From NCBI RefSeq assembly GCF_006345805.1, contig NW_021826031.1, forward strand, positions 310,001 through 374,000: a DNA stretch of 64,000 nucleotides, read 5' to 3'. The translations under genes were made by a program, and so were the position numbers. This DNA comes from Octopus sinensis. Lineage: Eukaryota. A model generated the notes under the pieces. It did no database searches and was not told the DNA's origin. It saw nothing but the letters and a program-made list of their open reading frames with translations. Position 1 is the first letter of the stretch. Every line of letters starts with the position of its first letter. Of this stretch, positions 1 through 12,517 are shown piece after piece.

Positions 1-1436
1 AAGAAACTGGTTAAATGTTCAAAATCAAACTGAATCGTCCTATATTGGGGATCCGGGTTGATTCCTCCCTTTTGTAACACAATCTGACTCACAACCGACT
101 CAATCACAGAGAAATACGAGTTTCTGTAGTTTAATCTACAAAGTTTCTCACCGACTGAAGGAATCATCTCGAATGAATAACATATGTTGGAAAATTGATG
201 TTAAAAGTATCTCAGACTCAGTTCCAGTCACCACTGTCCTTAAAAAATTCCAAGTGTCGTCCAATGATCTTAATTTAGAATAAATTATTACTGAAATTGT
301 CCAGAAAAGTGATCAAATCGTGATTTAAGTTCTTCAAGGTCGTAATCAAATTGTTTTTGGAATATTTCGACTTGTCTTTTCACATCTGGGGACGAATTTT
401 GACAGAAAGACTAAAATAGTCCACTCAACCAAACCTCATAAATCAGTCCCAATCCAGCCCGCATAATCTCACATCTCAAATGCTGTCGAAATTCCCATTC
501 CTCAGGAGTAGAGACCACAGCATTCACAAGTTGGAGACACACCGACTAATCTTACCACCACATACCCTTACTTGTACTTGGAGAGAGAAACCACCGTTCA
601 AAATTGACACCACCTCCGCAAAACGGTGGTGACTGTTCCTCTTGTTTCTCACGGAAGTGAACCCTTCCAAAACCTTCTCGTGTCTGAGTCTATAAATTCA
701 AGAAATGAGGACCCAGATGGGTATATGCAGATAGCAGCGATTATTTTGATTACTTCGACCAGAATTTGTGCATCGGGAAAGGGAATACACTCAATGAGGG
801 AACATATCAATTCAGGAGTAGCCAATGCCTCGTCCATTCCATATTTGGAGTTTATAAAACAGCCAATACACAGAACTGCCTGTTTAAGACAGTCAGTTTC
901 CTCTGCCCTGATAATATAAAATGCCCAAAGTCACTTTAAATGGGTGTTTATGGAATTAATTAAAACAAGCAGGCCATTCCTTCCAAATGACTTTTTCCAC
1001 CTGCAATATTAAGACAGAATAGACTGGAGAGTGTCGTTACGGAGATGTACTCTCACTGTCTGTAGGAGATTGTATCTACGGATGTTTTTGTTGTTTGGTT
1101 TGGACAGCATGGCCACAAATTTCCCAGCATTCTCGTTCTTGTCCTGCTGGGTTATGATGATAGGCCACATTGAATGTCCGACGGTAGTTCATATCGAGAA
1201 TTTGCTTTTTGTGGACGTTACTTTGTAGACGAAGTGTCTGTTTCTTGTCGTCTGGAAGGTTCATGTCGTCCTATGGAGTTGTGGAACAGGATAGATACCA
1301 GAACTGTTTCGAAGGCTGCATCTATTTGTTCAGAAGTCATGTCTTCCACTATAGGTATGGACCCGTTGGAGATGGTTGAGAGATTTCGAGATTTTGTAAA
1401 TTTGTCAGTTGAATATTTTTTAAGAAAATTGCTCAT
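1..1436 (-). CDS. DIAPH: Diaphanous-related formin, 5' exons (GBD/FH3 region); runs off the left edge of the window
   Basis: Spliced translation gives AAFETVL|DDMNLPDDKKQTLRLQSNVHKKQIL (28-nt GT-AG intron at 1271-1298), then CFINSKYGMDEAL...VEVIKIIAAICIY, and LTSIFQHMLFIRDD. These match the Drf GBD and FH3 motifs of diaphanous formins. Confidence 0.8.
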
Positions 1437-2418
1437 TTATTTGTTGATTAATTTATCAATAAAAAAGACCAACAAGAGCAAGTATAAAAGATAATATTAC
1501 CCGCACTTTACTTAATCTATATTTATTAACAGAATAAATCCCGTTAATTACTAAATTAAAATAATTACTGAATTAAACTATTTTATTAATTAATTTAATT
1601 AATTCAACAAAAACAAAAAAACGACAAACGAGCTAATCACTGTTTTGTAATATGGTTAACCACCACAATCAAAGCAAAACGAACATTCCTTTGTGGTGTA
1701 TATTTCGTTCTCTCTTCTTCATTTCCCTGCATATCAATCTTTGTATTACTTATTTCTTCTGCTCCAATATGTCACATGGGCGGCGCGTTACGCATGGGCA
1801 GCCTGTTGCATTTTTTGACCTCGAAAATGTCTTTTGATCATTATCCCACATTTAATTTTGTATATTCGATTTTTATTGTTATTTATCCTATTAGATGATA
1901 TTTAGCATGAATGATTATTTTGTTGCAATGGCTTCTTACAAGGGTTTTGTAAAAGATTGCGTTGAATATCAAATTTTAAAAGATGCTTTACATGATAAAT
2001 TTCCCGAAAATCTTCCAAGGCACCGAAAATATAGACTTATAAAGAAGATGGAAAATTTCACCATTATCAATGACAGGTACTGTAAATTTGCAATAAATTT
2101 ACAGACTTTATCTTAAATCTAGTGATCCCAAGTTAGTCATATCCCTCGATAATGAAACCGAAATGGAGCTTGTGGCGAAATCATTACATGAGTTTTCACA
2201 CGGAGGAGTAAATAAAATTGAATATGAATGTCGACAAAGATATTTCACTGTCAAGAATGACATTATCAGAAAAGTCATTTGAAATTGTGAAGTTTGCAAA
2301 TTTTTGCGTCCTTAAAAGTTCAAGATTTTTTTTAATTGTAGATTGGAGATATAAATCACCATGTGCTTGCTTCTTGTCCAAAGGAACGTTTTCAAATAGA
2401 CATAATAGATCTGAAAAG

Positions 2419-5400
2419 GGAGATTGTATTCTTCAGTCGTCGTGCTGGGCCAGAGAAAGGCGAGATTTGTTCGGTGTTAGCGTTAAATCGTTGTTCAAAA
2501 TAGTCCGCAATGACTCCCACCTGTTCTCCCGGGTCAGATATTTGAACCCCATTACTGGTTTGGAGTCGAAGTTTGGGGCGGTTTTTCTTCCTCTTAAGCA
2601 ACCGTAAAGCCATAAACGTGCGTGCATTATCTTTGAGGGTTTCCAGTTCTCCAAGACGGGAAGCCAGGATATCCCGGCCATATTGGAGGTTTAGGGTCTT
2701 TATTTGTTTTTGGATGGCAGCACGCCGGCCTTTCAGTGCGAGTTTGGTATCCATATCTTTGGTGTTCTCAGTCCTCAGCTTAAGCTCCTTTTGCACAACT
2801 GACAAGGCAAGAGCATCCGGGTGACACAGCCCGATAGAGTGCGTATTTTTTGGCTGCTTTCCAACATATTTATTTGCCGCCGAGTGAATGTTGGCTGACA
2901 TTACCTTTCAAGCGGCTGAAGGCATAAGTCCAGATTCCATGTTTTTAAGGGATTCATCGATGGATGATTTATAGAGGTTTCGAGTCGATAGTGAGGAAGC
3001 CAGTTTTTCTGTCAGGTATCTGTCCGATTTATGAGGGAATTGACGATTTGTTTTGTCCAGCACATATAATTTCTTCAGATTGAATCTGCCGATGACTATC
3101 TTGTGGTCACTGTCAACGACCGAGCCCCCATAAGAACGAGAGTCTTGTAGAAGCCATGTGTCTTTTTGGCGACACACAATGTAGTCAATTTGGTTGTAGA
3201 CCGGCACATAGTTCCTGTCTTCACCACGTCTCCTGCCAGTCCAGGTAGACTTGTGCCGAGCAGGGTGATCAAAGGCCGTGTTGCATAGGAATAACCCGAG
3301 TGTTTTACAGAAATTAGCCAATAGGGCTCCGGGAGGTTTCTATATCCTCTTCCGTGCCGTCCAATAAAAGTTTCAGTGCCTCGACGGATGCCAGCCTTGG
3401 CGTTCCAGTCGCCGACGACGAGCAGGAAGGTGGACGATTGTAAGGATAGGTATGTCCGGGTCAGTACCTCATAGAATTCATCGATTTCTTCAGGAGCGTT
3501 GACGATTCTGCCATTATGCGGGGCGTATACGTTAATGACCATTGCGACTGCATTGGGCCTGCCTTTACCGCCGATTTGTACAGTGCGACCTCGAATTGGG
3601 GAAAACCAAGTAGCGGGGAAACCCTCTTTTTTGGGGAAAACCTTGCTTTTGGGGAAATATTTTGCCATCCCTATAAAATACGATGATTTTTAATGAAATA
3701 AACCTCCTACCGGGGAAAAATTTTATATTATCATAAACGATTCATTAATATATTTGTATAATTTTTGATTTATTATTATTTATTTATTGTAACCTGTTTT
3801 TCCAAATTTGTAATCAATAATTTTAAATTTATTTAACCTGGTAACTTAGTTAGTTAGCTAATTAACCTGGTAAAAAATTGAAATTATCAATTTTTAAAGT
3901 TATTTTATAATTTTAGAAAGCCAATGCCTAGAAAACTAAATCAAAGTGAAAAGATCAGAATTTGCAAGGATATACAGTCGGGTCATAAGGACAAAATGAT
4001 TTGTGAAGGATTTAACATCTCTAAAGGAATGCTATACCGACTAAAAAAGAAAAGGGAAGGAATCTTAGCTCAAGGTTTCTCAACATCCGAAGGGACAATT
4101 GGATACGAATTGAATGCCCAAGTTTACGAGATTTTTCGTAATCTCAGGTCGAAAGGTTTCCCAATTAATGGGCCAACCTTAAAGCTTATTGCACGTAAAA
4201 TTGCGTATAGAAATTCAAATCATGATTTCACTGCTTCTAATGGATGGCTTTACAGATTTAAGAAACAATTCGAAATAAAATTCAGAATATTACATGGCGA
4301 ATCACGATGCAGCGAACAATTTATGGAACATTGGATGATCAACAAGTTATAAACAATGCGGAATGCGCATTCACAATGCTGCTAAATTTATTAGCAAGAG
4401 ACTCCGGAAAATGTACTGGATCTATTCAGATTCAAAGCAAATATTATGAGTTCGATGCGAAAAAAACAAAACACACGATTAAAATTAACTGATTTTTTTA
4501 TTAAAAATAAAAATTAGTTATCCGTCTCGGTTATATTATTAAGAGAGATATCGAACAGGCGAGACCTAAATTTAATGAAAACCTTTTTTGGGGAAACCTC
4601 AAAATTGGGGAAAAATTTCCCCATTCGAGGTCGCACTGTACTTGGATTGCTGAAATCCTATCTGTAATTCTCACCAGCGTTTGACACCGAGCTTCTTGTG
4701 AATCACAAAACCTTGTCCATAGTGTCTGCAGTCGGAGGGTAGCAAGATCATTCGGTAATTTCCATAGGTTGGGTCCATTCCAGATTTTTGTTTGGTCTCT
4801 TGTAGACAGCCGATGTCCGCACGATATTTATCCATGTCATTACAGAGTGCTTGTTGTTTCCAGGTCTGGCAGAGTCCACGAACGTTAAAGGATAGAATTG
4901 ATAGCCTGTCCGGTTGTACTGTGTGTGTTTTAGACATTGTGCAAGAGAGGTACGTCGCCACCTCAACCAAAAGAAGTTACAAAGGAAGTTACAAAGGCTG
5001 TTAGCAGGCTCAAGAATAACCGAGCTGCGGGACCGGACAACATTAATGCGGAGCTGCTGAAATACGGGCCCGAATCTCTTCTATGCAACATCACGAACAT
5101 CCTCAACGATATGTTTGCTACAAATGACTCACTCCCGCTGGGCTCTGGAGTTCTCATCCCTATTCAAAAGCCGAACAAATCTCTTGGTCCAGTAGAAAAT
5201 CTCCGCCCAGTCATTTTGCTAAACTCCCTGAGGAAGGTTCTCTCGCTGATCGTGCTGGATCGTATTGGAGACAAAGTCAATGACTTTCTGTCACCGAGTC
5301 ACAGCGGATTCAGAGAAGGACGTTCAACCGCAGATGTTCTTTGGGCCACCGATGGCGGTGTGCAACCCACCAAAGATACAAAAGTGCCACGAGAATCCTG

Positions 5401-6511
5401 GGTATCGATATGTCAAGAGCTTTTGATTCCATCCATCGCGATCTCCTCATGAGGGTTCTACGGAGTTTCTTAGATGAAGATGCTATCAGAATGATACAGG
5501 TCTTATTGGCAAAAACGGACCTCACTGTTCGCCTTGGGACAACGTCGTCCAGATCCTTCCCAACAAATGTGGGAACCCCCCAAGGAGACTCTCTCTCGCC
5601 TCTGTTATTTGTGATCTACCTTGAGGCTGCTTTACGAGAGCTGAGAGGTCTATATGACAAGTCAATAACTGAAGTGATTTACGCTGACGACGTCGACTTT
5701 GTGTCCACTGACAAATCCGCCCTACTCAGACTATTGGAGATTGCACCGGATAAACTTGGAGAATGGTTCTTAATCATGAACACGGACAAGACTGACGTGG
5801 TCGATGTATCACGCTCGGATACCCAAACTATGGAAAAATGGAGACTTTCGAAGAAGCTTAGCTCTCTGCTTGGAGACCGAGAAGACATCATGCGAAGAAA
5901 GCTACTGGCCGCTGTTGCTCTAAAATCTGTCATGAAAGATTGGCTACGATATTGTCCCGGGAACCCATCACTACGCTCTAGAATCTACAACGCTTTTGTC
6001 AAACCGGTACTACTGTACAACTCATCTACATGGGGCATCTCTGACACCGAACTAAAGAATCTTGACTCGTTTCACAGAAAACAGCTTCGCGTCCTAAATG
6101 GCCTGCATTGGCCTAAGAAAATTAACAACTCATCGCTCTACAAACTCAGTAACTCGGTGCCAGTCAGCCAGGACATCATAGATGGCCGCTGGAGGCTCTT
6201 CGGACACGTCCTGAGAATGGACCCGTCCTCACCTGCTTACCAAGCCATGGAAGAGTACTTTCTCTCGGATAGCCCAAAGTTTCGCGGACGTTCCCGCACA
6301 ACACTGCCGGTTGCGTTGGAATACGATCTGAAACACGTGGGCAAAACCTTGAAACAATGCGAGGACTTGGACGAACTGCGATGGCTTGCACAAAACCGGA
6401 GAGGATGGCAAACGATGGTTAAGAAGATTGTATCGTGTGTGGCACGTGTGGGGATATAACTCTTTCCTTTCCTTGTTTATGTTCCTATGGGAAGTGCTAA
6501 TAATAATAATA
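2419..6511. mobile_element. RTE-clade non-LTR retrotransposon with an inverted 5' half (APE on -, RT on +)
   Basis: 17-bp TSD ATAATAGATCTGAAAAG at 2402-2418 and 6512-6528, with a (TAA)n tail. Minus strand carries APE motifs FNVRGL, CLQETK, INVYAP, GDWNAK, NQIDYI and SDHKIV. Plus strand carries RT motifs GTPQGDSLSPLLF and YADD. Frameshifts are present. Confidence 0.9.
3581..4638 (+). mobile_element. pogo/Tigger-type element, internally deleted (HTH/CENP-B DNA-binding region only), inserted in the RTE endonuclease
   Basis: TIR CAGTGCGACCTCGAAT(T)GGGGAAA at both ends, with TA TSD at 3579-80 and 4639-40. ORF 3924-4352 contains FTASNGWLYRFKKQF...LHGES. Removing the element restores ITDRISAIQVQIGG in the RTE. 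Confidence 0.9.
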
Positions 6512-7000
6512 ATAATAGATCTGAAAAGATTTTCAACACTAAACGAAAATTTCAAATGGATTTTAACGGTCATTGACATTTATAGTAGGTTGGTTTCTTA
6601 AATTTTTTTTATAGATTTGCATTTGCACGACCACTTTATAATAAGTCTGGTAAGGAAGTGTGTCAAATCATGAGATCTTTGTTTCGCTTTAAATGGACCA
6701 TGCAAATTTCTTCAATCAGACAATGGGTCTGAATTCAAAAATCAAGAAATAACACAACTATGCGTTGATTTTAACATCAAACAAATCCACGGAAGGCCCA
6801 ATAATCCTCGGGCTCAAGGAATTGTCGAAAGATTCAATCAAACGATAACCAGGAATTTGTCCACAGTGAAAAAAAGTGGGTTGATAAATTAGAAAATGCT
6901 GTGTACAGTTATTACATATCTGTCCATTCATTTTCTAACGAAAGTCCTTTCGAAAGATATCGAGGAATAAAGGGAATAAATTCAATAATCCATGGTTATA

Positions 7001-8490
7001 CACCCCTCGACAAAATATTGGTTATTTAATCTTTCCTGGTTTTTTTCATTAAAAACGAATAAATTCATACTTTAAGATCCTTTAGATCTTCTAAAATAAT
7101 ATTTATTTTGTATTTATAATTAAAATAGATTTAAATTTTAATATTGCAAAAAATTTAAAGCATGTCGGCAATTAGGTTAGTGACATAAAAATTGGTTATA
7201 AAATTTAAACCGTCAAATTATGCTAGTATTTAGAGATTGATCTTAATAAAAAAATATTTTTAGATATAATACTCTCGATTCGTTTATGAAAGGGAAAATA
7301 ATTGCGCTATACGACTTAAATATGTCATATATTAAAATTTCTAAAGAAACCGGTGTTCCATATTCAACAGTCGTAAATTTTATCAAGAAATACAATAAAA
7401 CTGGATCATATGACCGCCAACATGGTTCTGGAAGACTATCAATTTTGAATAATGTGCAAATTAATCATTTGCGTACATCAGAGGAAAATTCATCTTTAAC
7501 TGCTTCTGAACTCTCTAATGAAATAGAAAAGTTTTCTGGAACACGTGTCTCGTCTCGAACCATAATACGAAATTTAAATAAAAATGGAATTTTCGCAAGA
7601 ATTGCATAGAAAAAACCACTTCTAACAAAAAAACACATGGTTTCCAGATTCGAGATCGTCCAAAAATTTCTTCAAATTTCAGACCATGATTTTAGATCAA
7701 TAATCTTTTCTGATAAATGTATTTTTGAATTATTACCGATCCAAAAAAGAAAAATTGTGTATAGAAAAAAATTTGAAATGAATAAATTCGAAAATATTAC
7801 TCCAACTGTCCAATTTGGAAAAGGTAAATTATGATGTAATAAAAAATTAGGGAAAGTCATGGTGTGGGGTTGTTTTTCCTATCATGGGGTAGGCGATTTG
7901 GTATTTATAGACAAAACGCTTAATTCTGCAAAACATCAATCTATTTTGACCAATAGTTTGCCATATTCTGTACAAAAAATGGGGATTGTTGACTATATTT
8001 TTCAACAAGACAACGCTCCCTGCCATACATCAAAAATGATTATTCGATATTTTCGCGAAAAAAATATTAAAAAATTAGAATGGCCTTCGCAATCTCCGGA
8101 TTTAAATCCGATAGAGCATTTGTGGGCTTATTTGAAGGTTCAAATTAGGCAAAGAAAAAATGAGAACATTCAGGCACTGAAGGAAAATCTATTAGATATT
8201 TGGAATTCTATTCCATCAAAAACACTTGAAAAATTAGTTGAGTCAATGAAAAAAAGGTGTTGGGAGATCTATTCGGCAAAAGTACATATTAATCTCACAA
8301 TAACCAAATTTTATGCCAATGAAAGTCGTTGTTTTTTCCAAATTTCTAAGACAAAATTTCAAAATTTAAATAATTAAATTAATTTTTATCAATTTTATCA
8401 GATTTTAAAATATATCTGAAGAAAAAATTAAATCATTCTTTGTATGAATGAAGTAAGTTGAAGATTCACCAATATTTATGTCGAGGGGTG
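7001..8490 (+). mobile_element. Tc1-family transposon (frameshifted transposase) inserted in the Ginger integrase
   Basis: TIR CACCCCTCGACA(A/T)AA(A)TATTGG with TA TSD at 6999-7000 and 8491-92. ORFs contain an HTH region, IIFSD, VMVWGCFS, FQQDNAPCH and WPSQSPDLNPIEHLW. Confidence 0.92.
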
Positions 8491-9299
8491 TACATATCTT
8501 ATGTCTTAGATAATTTAAGTGATGAGTGTGTGACTTTGGAAGAAATGGATGATTTGGTTAATTGTTCGACTCCAGAATCTATTGAAAATTCTCGTAATTT
8601 GATTTAAAATATATATTTAGATTATTTCCAGTCAGACAATTTGTTGCCAACTGCAAAGTGATTCAATTTCGAAATTAACCAATTGATGAAAATTCGATTT
8701 ATTACAAAGCTATGAACAGGAGAATGAATGTTCATAATAGTAAGTATATTTTTAGCGTGGGAGATAAAGTAAGAATTAAAAACATTAATAAATAGGTACG
8801 GGTTAAAAAGGACTTTGGAACAAATCCTTCATTGCGACTGGATAAGTTTGAGTCTCCGTATTCTTCCGCTGCAGAAATAATTAATATTTTATCGAATAAT
8901 CGCGTTGAGGTAGTTTTAAATATTTTAATTTAATAGATAAAAAATTCGAAAGGAGAAATATCGACAGTACTAATGACCAGACTAAAAAAATAGTTACCAA
9001 AATTTTACTCTTTGTGGTTTTATTAATAAAATGAAATTAATTGAAGTTAATCAATAGCCATCTTGCGTGGGAATTGCCATTCCATCTTATCCTCTGCTGC
9101 TAATTAAATACCTGTTAATTTATGCTTATTAATAAAATCAGCCATTGCATAACTAAAAAAAAATTGAAGTTAATCTTAATTCAAGGTCAACGTAACAGGC
9201 TGCCTATAGGTATCGCGTGGCCCATGTGACACACATGTGAGTGCTACTTCGACTACTACTGTTTCGAGCTAACAAAAAACGTGAGATTGTTTCCAGTCC

Positions 9300-10320
9300 T
9301 GATATTCGGGAAAAGTCTGACTAACGTGGTTAAAAGATCTTTGAAATTTCTGACACAATCCTATCCGGCGAGATATGCGATCTTACCCTGATATTCAACG
9401 GGACTAAAGTAAATGAACGAAGAAGTTTGTCTGGTTGCTGTCGGGAACATATTCCGTAAAATCACCACCAAAATAGCAACCAGGGCAGACTCCATAATCT
9501 TGAGCTTGTACGCGGGAAGTGAGCGTGTACAATGTAGTGCTAATAATGATAATTTAAAAAGACAGAATTTCCTGTGTCTTAAAAACGTATATATTCATTT
9601 CCTATTACGAATTTTTGTCTCTCAATTGATTGGTAATTGAGATGTAAGAATATTATACGTGTGTGCTTAGTTCGCCAGGCCAAAGGCTAGATAGAGTTAG
9701 AGCTTACTATCGCAAAGAATATCCGCTCAAGAATGTAGACATTCGATACCCTGAACAAAGCTGATTGCCTTTCCTTCCAAGAAACCGAAAGTCTCAACTG
9801 AGAATAGAAGAAATTACTCTCCACAAGCGAAGAGTAATTCCGCATCTTTTTGCATTCAGTTGTAGTAGCAATCGATCCATGGGCGGATGCGCACATCGGC
9901 AGGTTCTTGAATGGCTTTTTTATTTTTGAATGGAAATACAGTGATCTTGTCCGGTCTCTCTCCATCGCCCCGATCGATCCCTGTGAGTTCAAATATGAGG
10001 GGCATTCCGGCGACTTTCAATAACATTCTGATAAGGTCATTTAGAGCAGCGTCAGCAAAATGCGGCTAACATAGGCGAAGTGGAAACGACAGGCCGTCTC
10101 GAAACAGATGTTGATCAAGGAATGTAGGGAACTACTTAATACAGGATTGGAGACGAATTTCGCCCCAATCAAATTGTTTTTGAGGACGTAGGAGTTTCAA
10201 ATTCTAGCGAGTGACACTTCAGAACCGCTGATGATAATTCAGAGGGCACTTAATGTTCAAAATCGGTTGAGAGAACCGCGCCCAAATCGGTTAAGAGAAC
10301 TAGACTTACCCTCTCGACCC
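9300..10320. mobile_element. Degenerate CRE-clade retrotransposon fragments (+ strand ~9300-9500; - strand ~9690-10320)
   Basis: VAVGNIFRKI on the + strand. Restriction-like endonuclease remnant (ECKKMRNYSSL) on the - strand. Boundaries approximate. Confidence 0.55.
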
Positions 10321-11239
10321 GTCAAGATTTTAACATTATTATCGATTTCCTCAAATCAAAGTATCTACTCTTATGCGAAATAACAATTCGAACATAATTT
10401 ATCGTTAAGAAATCAGACATCAACAATGAAAATGTAAAATTGATAAGTAGACTTTCGAAATATATAGATTAGAAAAATATAGATTGAAATTCCAGACGCA
10501 AGCCAGACAGAATAACTACTATCTTCCGTGCAAAAATAATTTCCTCTCGAGAGGTGTCTGCATTGATCTATAATCATTAAAGTGGTGACATATGGACCGG
10601 GTTGTCGGAAGTGTCTAATCCTTTAGAATAACCCCATCAAACACCCTTATTTATCCCCAGACACTATTTCGGTAAAGTCTAAAACATTTAAACTCCAGAA
10701 AAATGACCAAACTACTAATAAAGCGTGGGAAAATTATTTGGAATATAGAAGGAGGAATAACAAAGTCTATGGATTGTATTATTTTAGTCTTCAAAGCTGT
10801 CGAGGATCAGACGAAAAATACAGTTCGAAGAAAAGGCAGAAAAGGTGGAGAGAATTTTGAGATACCTCAAAAAACAAGGAGGACTCGAGCCTTTATATAG
10901 GTATCGAGCTATGTTTTCGAACTGGTCTGACTGTCAATATTTTGACCTTGTCAACTTCTCAATACACCTTTTAGAAAAGGAATTTGAGATTGTCAGAGTT
11001 CGAAAACGAAAGCCCAGAAATACTCCTGCAAATTAAAAACTTGATGATCGATACATGAAATTGTGAATAGAATAAATTATATTGACTTTATCGACTTTTT
11101 AAAATTTTGTAGACTCTTTAGTTAATGCACGTTTGCGTTCCAATAAACAGTTTTTATGGTTTCGCTTGTGCCATGTTTTTTATTATCCTCGTCATCAGTC
11201 TTTTTCATCCGTTTCGTTGATTTGATCGTCTTCTGATTT

Positions 11240-12417
11240 TGTCCAACGTTTTTCAATCGACCCCCGATGACAGCATAATACTCAGTAAGTGTCTTTGGAA
11301 GACATCCTCTTGGACATCCTCTATAAGTTGGATATTCATTATGGCATAAAAATTCTTCTATGGTGAAATTGCAAGGTTTTTCTTTATTTATCCGTAAAAT
11401 ATGACCAAAGAGGCGTCAACGAGCTTCAATAACATTCAGACTTATTGGTACACATTCAGTCAGCCTGTAATTTTTTGCTCGAAATTTTCTTTTGCCTAGA
11501 ATAACCAAAAAATAGTTTTTTTAGTTAATCTCTGTGAAAAGAGTCAAATTGTTCCATGTCTTTCTTTGACGTTCCCCAAATCCCTGCGTTGTAGATGAGA
11601 CAGGTCGGACAAATTCCTTGTATAAGCACAGCCACATCTTTGCATAAATTTGCTTTTTTCTCAATAAAATCGATTGGTATTTTTTATTGCTATTGTGGTT
11701 AAGATCTTCCGTCGTTTAATGTCTTTGAGTCACCAAGTAAAAATCCGAGTTTTCTGGTGTTCCTCCACTTCGCCACACGGGTAGGCATTTGTTCAATAGT
11801 TGTTAATTCTGTTTTATCTTTATTGACTTTGAAAGGCCATTTGCTTAAAATTGTTTTTATTTTCTCCGCAATAACGTCTATAAATTCCCCATTTTCAGCG
11901 ACAATTTCGACATCATCCGCGTAAATGAGTTCCATTAAGTGATCGTCCAGACTTCCAAATTGTTTTCTTAGATCTTTCAAAACTGTCTCCGAATATACGA
12001 TGAATAATACAGGTAGTAGCGTATCTTCTTGTGGAGTTCCAGCATTGGTAAAAATGGTATAGACTTCTCAGAACGAACTTTGACGAGTAGTTCAGTTTCA
12101 GCAGACTGTCTTCATCGATAATGGTTTTCAACACGATAAGTAATTTACTCTTGTTGATGATGTCGAAAGCCTTACTCATGTCGACTCCCAGGATATGAAA
12201 GGATCGTTTGTACTTCTGACATAATGCAATTATTCACAAATAGCTCCAAACAACATATGTCGTAAATCTTCTAGGTTTTAACCCACTCTGACTGTAAAAA
12301 AATATATCGATCTCCGGACTTTGATATACATAGAGTTTTCTTTGGAGTTGTGACTAGTATTATTTGTTTTAAATTTCCAGACTGTCGCCTTTGTTTTCCT
12401 TGTTTCTGAATGGGTAT
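11240..12417 (-). mobile_element. Degenerate RTE fragment (RT and C-terminus), cut by Ginger copy 2
   Basis: LIPIQKQGK, MSKAFDIINKSKL, LIYADDVEIV and WRNTRKLGFLLGD, all homologous to the other RTEs. Many stops. Confidence 0.75.
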
Positions 12418-12517
12418 TAATATGTGACATGGGCCAAATGATACGTATGGGATGCGCGTTACACTGACCTTCAATTAATGTTAATCTGTCAATTTATCGA
12501 TAAACTTCAAACTATCT

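Larger units (their letters stand above)
1928..8993 (+). pseudogene. Ginger integrase gene (HHCC zinc finger, DDE core, GPY/F-like C-terminus), split by insertions and carrying tiny introns
   Basis: HEFSHGG...CEVC at ~2180-2300. KERFQIDIIDLK|RFSTLNENFKWILTVIDIYSR spans the RTE. Later motifs are DNGSEF, HGRPNNPRAQGIVERFNQT and FSVGDKVRIK...FESPYS. An intron gtactg...ttacag lies at ~2077-2104. Confidence 0.8.
1770..9231 (+). mobile_element. Ginger/Tdd-type DNA transposon copy 1 (retroviral-like integrase), interrupted by an RTE and a Tc1
   Basis: Imperfect TIRs: TGTCACATGGGCGGCGCGTTACGCATGGGCAGCCTGTT at 1770, and AACAGGCTGCCTATAGGTATCGCGTGGCCCATGTGACA ending at 9231. No matching TSD (caata vs cacat). 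Integrase pieces lie inside. Confidence 0.8.

Noticed and set aside
1765-9236. TSD for Ginger copy 1
   Set aside because: The flanks caata and cacat do not match, so the two ends may have mutated or may belong to different insertions.
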